Shown: positions 48,640-58,857 of the stretch, in pieces
Layout: every line of letters begins with the position of its first letter
Numbering within the stretch: the stretch's first letter is position 1
Assembly: GCA_963664225.1 (NCBI GenBank)
Contig: OY760937.1
Coordinates: forward strand, 3,200,001-3,264,000
DNA length: 64,000 bases
Reading direction: 5' to 3'
DNA from: Verrucomicrobiia bacterium
GTDB lineage: Bacteria > Verrucomicrobiota > Verrucomicrobiia > Limisphaerales > UBA1319
Position numbers and translations under genes: made by a program
Notes under the pieces: generated by a model
Databases searched by the model: none
The model's input: only the letters and a program-made list of their open reading frames with translations
Told to the model about the DNA's origin: nothing

Positions 48640-51468
48640 GTGATACTGATTTCCACTGTGAAGCCACCAGGTGAAGTACCCCCGGCCAACCTTGGGCCAC
48701 CTTATCGGCGGCCGTTTGAAGAGGTGCTCGCCTCATTTGGCACGGACCCGCAGCGCGGGCTGAGCGATGCCGAGGCCCGGGCCCGACTCGGGCAATATGG
48801 GCGCAACGAGTTGGCTACCGAAAAACGGGTGCCGGGCTGGAGGAAATTCCTCGCGCAGTTCGGCGATGTGCTTGTCATCCTGCTGCTCGTAGCCGCCGCC
48901 ATCTCCGCCGCCCTCTGGCTGGCGGAACGCAAATCATCCCTGCCCTACGAATCGATCGCCATCATGGCCGTCGTGCTCCTCAACGCGATCATGGGCTACA
49001 TTCAGGAATCCCGCGCGGAATCGGCCCTGGCTGCGTTGCGCCAGATGGCCGCGGCGCGCGCGAACGTCATGCGCGATGGCGAGCGGCGCAGTATTCCGGC
49101 CGCTGAGATTGTCCCCGGCGACCTCATCCTCATCGAGGAAGGGGACACCGTTCCAGCCGATGCGCGCCTGATCCAATCTTCAGTGCTCCAGACGGCGGAA
49201 TCAGCTCTGACGGGTGAAAGCCTGCCCGTTTTCAAGGAGATCGATCCTGTGCCTGGCGAGGCCGGGGTGGGGGACCGCCTCAACATGGTCTTCAGCGGCA
49301 CGGCGGCGACTTACGGGCGCGGCAGTGCGGTGGTCACGGCCACCGGAATGCAAACCGAAATGGGGCGCATCGCCGTCATGTTGAAATCGGCTCCCAACGA
49401 AACCACACCCCTGCAAAAGGAGCTCGCCAGGGTCGGCAGGCGGCTGGGCCTTGTCGTCATTGCCATCGCCGCGGTGATGAGCGTCACAATAATTCTCGTG
49501 GAACACGTCCGCGGCCTTTCCGCCCTGTTCGATGTCCTCATCCTCGGGGTCGCGCTGGCCGTCGCAGCCGTCCCGGAAGGCTTGCCGGCGGTGGTGACCG
49601 CCGTGCTGGCCCTGGGTGTCCAGCGCATGGCCAGGCGCAAGGCCATCGTGCGCCACCTCGCGGCGGTCGAAACCCTCGGTTCGGCCAGTGTCATCGCCTC
49701 CGATAAAACCGGCACCCTCACCAAAAACGAAATGACCGTGCGCGCCGCGGTCACCGCCAGCGGGCGCGTGAGCTTCTCGGGCACGGGTTACACCCCGGAG
49801 GGTGAAATCCAGGTGGAAGGCGGTTCCCCGTTGGAAGGCGCGCTCCGCGTGGAATTGCGCCGCGTGCTGACCGTGGCGGACCGCGCCAGCAACGCCGTGC
49901 TCCAGGAGCACGACGGACGCTGGTCCGTCCAGGGCGACCCCACCGAGGGCGCTCTCCTGGTCGCAGCCCGCAAAGCCGGGCTTGAGGATGAAACACTCGA
50001 CGCGCGTTTCGAACGCGTCGCCGAAATCCCTTTCTCCTCAGCGCGGAAGCTCATGAGCACCATCCACACGGACTCCGACCAGCAGGAGCGTTTGCTCGTC
50101 TTTACCAAGGGCGCGCCGGATGTGCTCGTTTCGCGCTGTTCCCAGGAATTTGCAGGCGAGGAGGTCCGGCCTTTGAGCGACCAGCGGCGCGCGGAGATTT
50201 TGCAGGCCAATGACGATCTTGCCGGCCAGGCGCTGCGCACGCTGGGCGTTGCCGCGCGCATTTTGCCCGCCAATGCCCTCGAACACGAGCAGGCGGATGA
50301 GCATCTGGAACACAAGCTGATCTTCCTGGGCCTGATCGGCATGATCGATCCGCCTCGCGAGGAGGCGAAAATCGCCGTCGCTCGCGCCAAAAGCGCTGGC
50401 ATTCGCCCGATTATGATCACCGGCGATCATCCCAAAACCGCCGCGATCATTGCCACCGAACTGGGCATCTGCTCGGACGGGCGTGTCATTACGGGCGCAG
50501 AGTTGGAGAAAATGTCGGATGAGGCCCTCGCCTTGAAGGTGCCGGATGTCTCGGTTTTCGCCAGGGTCAATCCCGAACACAAGCTGCGCATTGTCAAGGC
50601 CCTGCAAGCCAGCGGCGCGGTCGTGGCGATGACCGGAGACGGGGTCAACGACGCCCCGGCCCTTAAAACTGCGGACATCGGCATCGCCATGGGCATTACG
50701 GGCACCGATGTCTCGAAAGAAGCCGCTGACGTGGTGCTGATGGACGACAACTTCGCAACAATCGTGGCGGCGGTTGAGGAAGGACGCGCCATCTTTGACA
50801 ACATCCGCAAGTTTCTCCGCTATCTGCTCTCTTCGAACATGGGCGAAGTTTTGACCATGTTCTTTGGCGTCCTCCTGGCAAATAAAATCGGTCTGCACGC
50901 CGAAAGCGGCAAGCTGATGCTTCCGCTCCTGGCCACGCAGCTTCTGTGGATCAACCTGGTGACGGACGGCGCGCCGGCACTCGCCCTGGGCGTCGATCCC
51001 GCGGACGACGGACTGATGAACCGCCCGCCGCGCCCGCCGGGTCAGGGTGTCATCACAGGCCGGATGTGGGCGGAAATCTTTTTCATTGGCGCGATTATTG
51101 CCACAGGCGCGCTGCTGGTGCTTGATGCCTCCCTGCCCGGGGGCGCGATCGAAGGTACGGGCAGCGTGCGCTACGCCCAGACAATGGTTTTTACCACCCT
51201 GGTATTCTCTTCGCTCCTCACTGTGTTCGTGGTGCGCACTCCGGAGAAAAGCGCGTTCCACGGTTTCTTCCGAAATCGCTGGTTGTGGGCCACGCTTGGC
51301 CTGTCCCTCGCGCTTCAGGTGGCCGTGATTTACGTTCCTTTTCTTCAAAAGGGTTTTTCGACCGTCAGTCTGAGTCTTGCGGATTGGTCCCTATGCGCCC
51401 TGGTCTCCAGTTCGTTGTTGTGGCTGAGCGAATTGGCCAAGATCATCCTCCGCAAAACCGCGAAATAA
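48640..51468 (+). CDS. Cation-translocating P-type ATPase (type II, Ca2+-like)
   Basis: TGES, PEGL, DKTGTLT, KGAP, TGD, GDGVNDAP and LWINLVTD; start uncertain. Confidence 0.95.
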   Translation: MILISTVKPPGEVPPANLGPPYRRPFEEVLASFGTDPQRGLSDAEARARLGQYGRNELATEKRVPGWRKFLAQFGDVLVILLLVAAAISAALWLAERKSSLPYESIAIMAVVLLNAIMGYIQESRAESALAALRQMAAARANVMRDGERRSIPAAEIVPGDLILIEEGDTVPADARLIQSSVLQTAESALTGESLPVFKEIDPVPGEAGVGDRLNMVFSGTAATYGRGSAVVTATGMQTEMGRIAVMLKSAPNETTPLQKELARVGRRLGLVVIAIAAVMSVTIILVEHVRGLSALFDVLILGVALAVAAVPEGLPAVVTAVLALGVQRMARRKAIVRHLAAVETLGSASVIASDKTGTLTKNEMTVRAAVTASGRVSFSGTGYTPEGEIQVEGGSPLEGALRVELRRVLTVADRASNAVLQEHDGRWSVQGDPTEGALLVAARKAGLEDETLDARFERVAEIPFSSARKLMSTIHTDSDQQERLLVFTKGAPDVLVSRCSQEFAGEEVRPLSDQRRAEILQANDDLAGQALRTLGVAARILPANALEHEQADEHLEHKLIFLGLIGMIDPPREEAKIAVARAKSAGIRPIMITGDHPKTAAIIATELGICSDGRVITGAELEKMSDEALALKVPDVSVFARVNPEHKLRIVKALQASGAVVAMTGDGVNDAPALKTADIGIAMGITGTDVSKEAADVVLMDDNFATIVAAVEEGRAIFDNIRKFLRYLLSSNMGEVLTMFFGVLLANKIGLHAESGKLMLPLLATQLLWINLVTDGAPALALGVDPADDGLMNRPPRPPGQGVITGRMWAEIFFIGAIIATGALLVLDASLPGGAIEGTGSVRYAQTMVFTTLVFSSLLTVFVVRTPEKSAFHGFFRNRWLWATLGLSLALQVAVIYVPFLQKGFSTVSLSLADWSLCALVSSSLLWLSELAKIILRKTAK

Positions 51469-51785
51469 AAACCGTCCCCTCCGGGACGCCGCTTCCGGGC
51501 GCCATTGTTTCCGAAAATCCGCCATCCGCCTCCTGTTTCATGCCTCCACGCCATCCCTGCTTTAGGGGATACCGCCAGTCCGCACTTTCAGGCTATCCTG
51601 ACGAGAATAGATATGATAATCAGGCTCCGAACGATGAATCGCATTCCAAAGTCCGCCTGGCTGATTCGAATTGGAGATTGGATGGCCAATACCGCCAATA
51701 CCGCCAATACCGGCGTCATTGAATGGCGCGGGTAATAGCGAATCCATGCTCCGGCCCGGTGGACGAATGCAATAATCAAGGAACC

Positions 51786-53198
51786 ATGCAGACAATAGCC
51801 GGATCAGCAGAAAGTAAGACAGAGAATCGCACAGGCGCCGGCCAGACCCAGCGCGGGCCCTTGGCGATCATGACGATTTTATTCTTCATGTGGGGATTCA
51901 TGACCGTCTGGAATGACGTGCTCATCCCCCGGTTCAAGGAGGCCTTCACTCTCAGTTATTTCCAGGCGATGCTCGTCCAATTCGCCTTTTTCGGGGCCTA
52001 CGGCATCGGTTCGCTCATTTACTATGTCATTTCGATGGCCTCCGGCGACCCGATCAACCGGATTGGCTATAAAAACGGCGTCATCATTGGTCTTCTCATA
52101 TCGGCCTTTGGCAGCGCGCTATTTTATCCGGCCGCAGTCCTGACCTCGTATCCGTTCTTCCTGATCGCGTTATTCATTGTCGGGCTTGGGTTTGCAATGC
52201 TGCAAATTGCCGCCAACCCCTACGTCACGATCCTCGGCCCGGAACGCACCGCGTCGAGCCGGCTGAACCTTTCTCAAGCGTTCAATTCCTTCGGCACAAC
52301 CATCGGTCCCATCATTGGCGGCTGGCTCATTTTCACTTTTTTCATGACCAAGGACTCGCACGGGGCCGACTCGGTGAAGGTGCCCTATCTCTGCTTTGCG
52401 GGAGTCCTGGCGATGCTGGCGGTGTTCTTCAAATTCATGCATCTGCCCAATTTCGTTAACACGGACAAAATCGAACGCGGCGGCTCCGCCCTCAAGCACC
52501 CCCATACGATGCTCGGCATGGTGGCCATCTTCATGTATGTCGGCGGCGAGGTCACGGTCGGCAGCGCCCTCATCAATTATCTGGCCCTGCCCAAGCTCGG
52601 CAGTCTGGACCACACGGCGGCCAGCAAGTTCCTGGCGTTTTATTGGGGTGGTCTGATGATCGGCCGGTTCATGGGATCCTTTGCATTGAGCGACATGCGC
52701 AAATCGCTCAAGAATACTTTCGTGGCACTGGTGCCGGTGGTGGCCTTTGCCACCGTCTGGGTGGTTTCGGGCAGGGAAAACGCGATGCACATGGGACCCG
52801 CACTGGCCGTTTTGCTGGTCGCCTTTTTCCTCGGTGAAGCCAGCGCCCACCGCATGCTTGCCTTGTTCAGCAGCATCATTATCGGTTTGCTGCTGACCAG
52901 TATGGCCACGTCCGGCGAAACCGCCAAATGGGCCATTCTGGCCGTCGGTCTGTTCTGCTCCGTGATGTGGTCGAACATTTTCTCTCTGGCCATCGAAGGG
53001 CTTGGGCCGATGAAGAGCCAGGCCTCGTCGCTCCTGGTGATGGCGATTATTGGAGGCGCGGTTCTGCCGCCGTTGCAGGGGGCCATTGCCGATCATTATG
53101 GCATCCAGACCTCTTTTATCGTGCCGATGCTGGCTTTTGCTTACGTCGCTTTTTACGGGATTTACGGGTATCGGGCGGGGCGGACAGTGACAACCTGA
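51786..53198 (+). CDS. Sugar MFS transporter (FucP/GluP family)
   Basis: FFMWGF, QFAFFGAY, QIAANPYV, SRLNLSQAFNS, YVGGEV and MAIIGGA. Confidence 0.93.
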   Translation: MQTIAGSAESKTENRTGAGQTQRGPLAIMTILFFMWGFMTVWNDVLIPRFKEAFTLSYFQAMLVQFAFFGAYGIGSLIYYVISMASGDPINRIGYKNGVIIGLLISAFGSALFYPAAVLTSYPFFLIALFIVGLGFAMLQIAANPYVTILGPERTASSRLNLSQAFNSFGTTIGPIIGGWLIFTFFMTKDSHGADSVKVPYLCFAGVLAMLAVFFKFMHLPNFVNTDKIERGGSALKHPHTMLGMVAIFMYVGGEVTVGSALINYLALPKLGSLDHTAASKFLAFYWGGLMIGRFMGSFALSDMRKSLKNTFVALVPVVAFATVWVVSGRENAMHMGPALAVLLVAFFLGEASAHRMLALFSSIIIGLLLTSMATSGETAKWAILAVGLFCSVMWSNIFSLAIEGLGPMKSQASSLLVMAIIGGAVLPPLQGAIADHYGIQTSFIVPMLAFAYVAFYGIYGYRAGRTVTT

Positions 53199-53304
53199 CC
53201 GGTTTTAGCTGGATACCAGTATCTGGGAAAAGTAAATGCCGCCCGACGCGGCGTCAGGGAAGCACTGTGCGGATAGCGAATCGTTGTCCGGGAATTTTTA
53301 ACGC

Positions 53305-54600
53305 ATGAAAAAGCACTTATTATCAATCCTCTGTTACGGCTTTTGCCTGGCCTCGCTGATGGGCCAGAGTAAACACAGTCCGTCCTCGCAATATCCCACC
53401 TACGAGGGCCGTGTCATGTGCGGCTATCAAGGCTGGTTCCGCGCGCCCGATGACGGCGCGAAGGAAGGCTGGGGGCATTACAGTCTGCGCGGCAAATTCG
53501 ATTCCACCAACGTCCATCTGGATTTCTGGCCGGACGTCTCGGAATATGAAAAGACCCACGCCACGTCCCTCACGAATCAGGACGGCACCACCGCCCGGGT
53601 CTTCAGTTCCTGGGATGCCAGCACGACCGATCTCCATTTCCGCTGGATGCAGCAATATGGAATCGACGGTGCCTTCATGCAGCGGTTTTTCGGCGTCACA
53701 CGCAACGAGCAGGAACGCCGCAAGAATCGCGTGATCCTCGGGAACGCCCTGGCCTCTTCCAAAAAATACGGCCGCGCGATTGCCGTGATGTATGACCTCT
53801 CCGGTCTCCGCACCGAGGGCGAGGATTGCTCCTCGATCATCCAGGACTGGAAGGAACTCGTCGATGAGTTGAAAATCACTTCCCAGGGCGCCAACCAGAC
53901 CTACCTTTACCACAAGGGCAAACCACTGGTGGCCATCTGGGGATTGGGTTTTCCCGATCGCTCCTACAACATCCGCCATATTGGAATGGATAAGCTGATC
54001 GACTTCCTCAAGAACGATCCTCAATACGGCGGTTGCGCCGTCATGCTCGGCGTCCCCAATTATTTTCGCGACTTGAATGTCGATTGCCTCCCCGATCCTT
54101 ATCTCCACGAATTGATCGCGTCGGCGGATATCGTCATGCCCTGGACCGTCCAGCGCTTCACGCCGCTGGTGCATGCTGAACCCGCACGCTATGCGGCGCA
54201 GGTAGAGGCCGACCTGGCCTGGTGCGCCACCAAAAAAGTGGACTACGCGCCCTGTGTTTATCCCGGCTTTAGCTGGCACAATCTGGGCAAGGCCGAGTTT
54301 GCCGGCGGCCCGATCCTCAATCAAATCCCCCGCCAGAAAGGTGCCTTTTATTGGAACCTGATGAGCGGAGCCATTCAATCCGGCGCGAAAATGATCTACG
54401 TGGCCATGTTCGACGAGATGGATGAGGGAACGGCCATTTTCAAATGCACCAACAAACCGCCGCTCGGCCCCAAGCTATGCGACTATGAAGGCATGCCCTC
54501 CGACCACTATCTGTGGTTGACCGGCATGGCTGGAAAAACTCTGCGCGGCGAGATTCCTCTTTCAACCAAATTGCCAGTTCGGGACGCTCAATCCAAATAG
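53305..54600 (+). CDS. Exported GH71/99-like glycoside hydrolase
   Basis: Signal peptide; GYQGWF, HFRWMQQYGIDG, YDLSG, PGFSW and AMFDEMDEGTAIFK. Confidence 0.85.
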   Translation: MKKHLLSILCYGFCLASLMGQSKHSPSSQYPTYEGRVMCGYQGWFRAPDDGAKEGWGHYSLRGKFDSTNVHLDFWPDVSEYEKTHATSLTNQDGTTARVFSSWDASTTDLHFRWMQQYGIDGAFMQRFFGVTRNEQERRKNRVILGNALASSKKYGRAIAVMYDLSGLRTEGEDCSSIIQDWKELVDELKITSQGANQTYLYHKGKPLVAIWGLGFPDRSYNIRHIGMDKLIDFLKNDPQYGGCAVMLGVPNYFRDLNVDCLPDPYLHELIASADIVMPWTVQRFTPLVHAEPARYAAQVEADLAWCATKKVDYAPCVYPGFSWHNLGKAEFAGGPILNQIPRQKGAFYWNLMSGAIQSGAKMIYVAMFDEMDEGTAIFKCTNKPPLGPKLCDYEGMPSDHYLWLTGMAGKTLRGEIPLSTKLPVRDAQSK

Positions 54601-54608
54601 ACACTTCC

Positions 54609-55886
54609 ATGAAACTACTCACTCACTCACTCGCGGCGCTCTTTGCCGCCACTCTCTTCGTCGCGGCCGCGCCAACCCCGGACCAGTATTCCGTGCGTGA
54701 TTTCGGGGCCGTCGGAGACGGAACCACCGACGACACCGCCGCGTTCCAGAAGGCGCTCGACGCCGCACGACAGGCCGGTGGCGGCGTGGTCTATGCCCCG
54801 CGCGGCAATTACTTCTTCGCCGGTCATCTCAATGTCCCCGCTGCGGTGACCTTGAAAGGCGTCTGGGAATCGGTTCCCTCACACGTAGGGTTGCGCGATC
54901 GTGGCGCGGCCAAGCCCACCGATGATGGCACCACATTCCTGGTCACCGAAAACGAGGGCAAGGAAGACGGCCCGGCGTTCATCACTTTAAATAACAACAG
55001 CACTCTCAAAGGCGTGGTCCTCTACTATCCGAAACAGGACACCGATGCCGAACCGAAGGCCTATCCATGGGCCATTGCGATGCGCGGCAAAAATCCCGCA
55101 GTCCTTGCCGTCGAGTTGCTCAATCCTTACAACGGCATCGATGCCGCCCACAACGAGCGCCACCTGATTCGCGATGTCTCCGGTCAACCCCTGCGCCGGG
55201 GCATTTTCGTCGATGACATCTACGACATCGGCCGCATCGAAAACGTCCACTTCAATCCCTGGTGGAGCATGAAACCCGTTCTCTTCAAATGGCAGCAGGA
55301 GCACGGTGAGGCCTTCATCTTTGGCCGCAGCGACTGGCAATACGTTTTCAACACCTTCTGCTTCGGTTACCAGGTCGGTTATCATTTCATCAAAACGACG
55401 GCGGGCGTCTGCAACGGAAACTTCCTGGGCATTGGCGCGGATGATTGCTTCACCGCCATCAATGTCGAAGCCAGCGCGCCCTTTGGCCTGCTGATCTCGA
55501 ATGGCGAGTTTGTCTCCTTCCACGGTCCCGACCCCACAATGGTCGAGGTCGGCACGAACCACACCGGCACCGTCCGCTTCGCGAACTGCGCCTTCTGGGG
55601 TCCCTGCAATCAAATCGCCAAAATCGCCGGACGCGGCACGGTGGGCTTCAGCGATTGCACCTTTGTTCAATGGGACACCAAAAAAGAAGGCCGTCACGCC
55701 ATTGAAGCCGTCAGCGGCACTGTGCTGGTCCGTGGATGCGAATTCCGCGAGGACAAGCCCCAGATTCGACTCGGCGAAGGCGTCCGTCGTGCCGTCATTT
55801 CCGACAACGTGGTCATGGGAACACTGCGCCTGACCAACAACAGCAAACACACCGTGACGGTCAACGGCAATGCCGGCGATCAATGA
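54609..55886 (+). CDS. Exported right-handed beta-helix (pectin lyase fold) protein
   Basis: SVRDFGAVGDGTTDDTAAFQKALD motif after a signal peptide. Confidence 0.88.
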   Translation: MKLLTHSLAALFAATLFVAAAPTPDQYSVRDFGAVGDGTTDDTAAFQKALDAARQAGGGVVYAPRGNYFFAGHLNVPAAVTLKGVWESVPSHVGLRDRGAAKPTDDGTTFLVTENEGKEDGPAFITLNNNSTLKGVVLYYPKQDTDAEPKAYPWAIAMRGKNPAVLAVELLNPYNGIDAAHNERHLIRDVSGQPLRRGIFVDDIYDIGRIENVHFNPWWSMKPVLFKWQQEHGEAFIFGRSDWQYVFNTFCFGYQVGYHFIKTTAGVCNGNFLGIGADDCFTAINVEASAPFGLLISNGEFVSFHGPDPTMVEVGTNHTGTVRFANCAFWGPCNQIAKIAGRGTVGFSDCTFVQWDTKKEGRHAIEAVSGTVLVRGCEFREDKPQIRLGEGVRRAVISDNVVMGTLRLTNNSKHTVTVNGNAGDQ

Positions 55887-55918
55887 CAAGTTGACCCATC
55901 GAACCCGATTCCAGCGTT

Positions 55919-57487
55919 ATGAAGAATCCATCCAATCCCACCTTGCGGAAAGCGTTCGCCCCAGCCCTGGCGCGGACCGCCCTCGTCGCTCTGGCCTCGC
56001 TCACTCTTTGCGTGACCGGCCTCGTCGAAACGCTGCATGCCGCGGAGCAATCCGCGCAGACCGTGGCATCCGCGAACTTCGCAGGCGCAAAGTCGGACTG
56101 GCATGGATTCGATCGCTACGACTATCTGATGGATGAGGCGGACCTGAGCATCAAGCCCGCCGATGAAAAGGTCACGGGCGAGGTTGCGGGCCAGCGCCGC
56201 TGCATTGTGGTCACTCCGAAAGTGGCGGAGCCCGGCAATCCCTGGTCCTGGCGCGGTTGTTACTGGGACCACGAACCGCAGACGGAAATCGAGTTGCTCA
56301 AGCGCGGTTTTCACATTGCCTACATCACGGCCAACACCAATCTGCGACCGGATAAAAAATGGGACGCCTGGTATGCGTTCCTCACGGAGAAGCACGGGCT
56401 CTCCCGCAAGCCAGCCTTCATTGGCATGAGCCGGGGCGGCGAATTCGGTTACACATGGGCCACCGCCAATCCCGACAAGGTCACCTGCATTTACGCCGAT
56501 AACCCGGGCGCCAACCGCGAAGTCTTCTCCAGACTCGTTGACCTGGCCACGAACGATGTGCCTCTGCTGATGGTCTGCGGCAGCATCGATCCGATATTGG
56601 GACTCGTCGCGTTGCCTGTTGAGAGAATCTACCAACAGTTCGGCGGCAGGGTTTCCATGATGATCAAGGAAGGCGAGGGTCATCATCCGCACAGTCTGCG
56701 CGATCCCATGCCCATCGCGGACTTCATCACGCAGAGTTTTCAAGCGACCCCCGTCACGCCGCCCGACTTCGTGGGCGCAAAGTTCAGAAGGACCTCTTTC
56801 TACAGCACCGAGAGCTCCTATCGCCATTATCCGAAGGAAGGCAACTACATCACCTGCCGCGGACCGTTGTTCTCGGAATGTTACAACCGTTACGCCTTCG
56901 AGCTGAACGGTGTCGAGGGAACCATCAATGTCATCGCGCCCCGCAAGGCTGCCGCAGGCAATCCCTGGGTGTTCCGCACCGGTTTCGTGAGTTCGAGTGC
57001 GATGGTGGATCTGGCTCTCCTGGCCAATGGCTATCACATCGTCACCGGCCCGGTTCCCTACAATGCCGACGGCCCGATCCCCGCGCATTGGGACGCCGTT
57101 TATAAACACCTCACCGACCACGGTTTCTCCAGCAAGCCCGTGATGGAAGGCGCTGGCGGAGCCGCTGGCGACGCATACGCCTGGGCCATCGAGAACCCCG
57201 ACAAGGTCTCCTGCATCTACGCCGAGAATCCTGTGATGCGCAGCAAAATGTCGAAATCGGTCCTGCTCGATAACCTCGCCCCATTGGCCAAGGTCGGCGT
57301 TCCCATCATGCACGTTTGCGGCAGCCTCGATCCCTGGCTTCGCGACAACACGCTCGTGGTTGAGAAACGCTACAAGGAGCTCGGGGGTCAGATCAGCGTC
57401 ATCGTCAAGGAAGGCGAGGGGCATCTGCCCACCGGTCGCAGCGATCCCATGCAGGCCGTCGAATTCATCACCGGCAAGGCCAGGTAA
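55919..57487 (+). CDS. Exported alpha/beta hydrolase with internal domain duplication
   Basis: Two repeats of GNPW...G(F/Y)H...YxWAxxNPDKVxCIYA...CGSxDP...KEGEGH; GMSRG in the first repeat. Confidence 0.85.
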   Translation: MKNPSNPTLRKAFAPALARTALVALASLTLCVTGLVETLHAAEQSAQTVASANFAGAKSDWHGFDRYDYLMDEADLSIKPADEKVTGEVAGQRRCIVVTPKVAEPGNPWSWRGCYWDHEPQTEIELLKRGFHIAYITANTNLRPDKKWDAWYAFLTEKHGLSRKPAFIGMSRGGEFGYTWATANPDKVTCIYADNPGANREVFSRLVDLATNDVPLLMVCGSIDPILGLVALPVERIYQQFGGRVSMMIKEGEGHHPHSLRDPMPIADFITQSFQATPVTPPDFVGAKFRRTSFYSTESSYRHYPKEGNYITCRGPLFSECYNRYAFELNGVEGTINVIAPRKAAAGNPWVFRTGFVSSSAMVDLALLANGYHIVTGPVPYNADGPIPAHWDAVYKHLTDHGFSSKPVMEGAGGAAGDAYAWAIENPDKVSCIYAENPVMRSKMSKSVLLDNLAPLAKVGVPIMHVCGSLDPWLRDNTLVVEKRYKELGGQISVIVKEGEGHLPTGRSDPMQAVEFITGKAR

Positions 57488-57536
57488 ACAAGTTCGAGGC
57501 TTGATGTTTCATGCCCATTAGAATGAGAATCCGAAA

Positions 57537-58766
57537 ATGATAACCCTGACTACATTGGTTGCGAGTAATGCGATTTTCGGAACACACTATTTTAAGCGGT
57601 TCGTTGCGCTGGCGTCAGTCTGTACTTTTATTCTAGTTGGCGCGGAAACCATTCGCGCCGACGGGCAATATGTGAAAGCGGAACCACCCCGGCCCAGATG
57701 GGGTGGAAATGCGGTTCGCGCGCAGAAGTCCTGCATTCCAAAAGTTGCTGATATCGAAGCGGTCAAGGAAGTCAAAAACATCATCTTCATGATTGGCGAC
57801 GGCATGGGTATTGCGACCACTTACGCCGCCATGTCCTCGGTCGATCATCCGCTCAATTTCGAGCGTTTTCCTGTGACTGGTTTGCAGAAGACCTTCTCGG
57901 CGGATAATTTCATCACCGATTCCGCCGCGGCCGGGACGGCTCTGGCCAATGGCAAAAAGACTCAAAATGGCGTGATCGGTTTGGATGCGAAGAAAAATCG
58001 CACGAAGTCCATTCTCAAGCTCGCGCAGGAGCACAACCTGGCAACGGGCCTGATCGCGGTGACGTCCATCACGGACGCCACGCCCGCAGCCTTTGTGGCG
58101 CATGTGTCCAACCGGACCAATCAGGAGGCCATTGCCATGGACATCATGTATTCAGGCGTGGATGTCTTTGTCGGCGGCGGTTACAACTATTTCGCCAAGC
58201 GTTCCGACAAGCTCAACCTGCTGGATGGTCTTGTGGCCCGCGGATACGAGGTGCACACCAACATGGCGAAGGTCGGCAAATCCCATGCAACGAAACTCGC
58301 CGCGCTGGTCGCTCCCACACAGTGTGCCTACCGCCTGAAAGGCAGGGGGGACATGCTCCCGGTCGCCTCCGCCAAGGCCATCGAGATTCTGAATAAGAAC
58401 ACCAACGGTTTTTTTCTCATGATCGAGGGATCGCATATCGATCACGGCGGCCATGACAACGATGCAAAGGTGCTCGTGGATGAAGTCCTCGATTTTGACG
58501 AAGCCCTCGGCGTTGCGCTTGATTTTGCGAAGGCGGACGGCCACACCCTCGTGGTGGTCACGGCCGATCACGAAACCGGTGGGGTGACCATTATAGGCGG
58601 GGATATGAAGAAGCATACCGTTAAATTGAATTTCTCCACCAAGGGCCACACGGCCGTCATGGTTCCCGTCTATGCCTTTGGACCGGGCGCGGACAAGTTC
58701 ACGGGCATTTATGACAACACTGCGTTGATTGGAAAACTGTCGAATAGTTACGGATTCAGCCAGTAA
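57537..58766 (+). CDS. phoA: Alkaline phosphatase
   Basis: IGDGMG, TDSAA, DATPA, IEGSHIDHGGH and TADHETGG; start uncertain. Confidence 0.93.
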   Translation: MITLTTLVASNAIFGTHYFKRFVALASVCTFILVGAETIRADGQYVKAEPPRPRWGGNAVRAQKSCIPKVADIEAVKEVKNIIFMIGDGMGIATTYAAMSSVDHPLNFERFPVTGLQKTFSADNFITDSAAAGTALANGKKTQNGVIGLDAKKNRTKSILKLAQEHNLATGLIAVTSITDATPAAFVAHVSNRTNQEAIAMDIMYSGVDVFVGGGYNYFAKRSDKLNLLDGLVARGYEVHTNMAKVGKSHATKLAALVAPTQCAYRLKGRGDMLPVASAKAIEILNKNTNGFFLMIEGSHIDHGGHDNDAKVLVDEVLDFDEALGVALDFAKADGHTLVVVTADHETGGVTIIGGDMKKHTVKLNFSTKGHTAVMVPVYAFGPGADKFTGIYDNTALIGKLSNSYGFSQ

Positions 58767-58857
58767 TGCATTTGTAGTATGGAGGGGTCCGCTTATGCGA
58801 TGTGCATGGTCAGGCCCCAATGACCGCCGACTATCCGGATGTATATAGCTCATTCCT

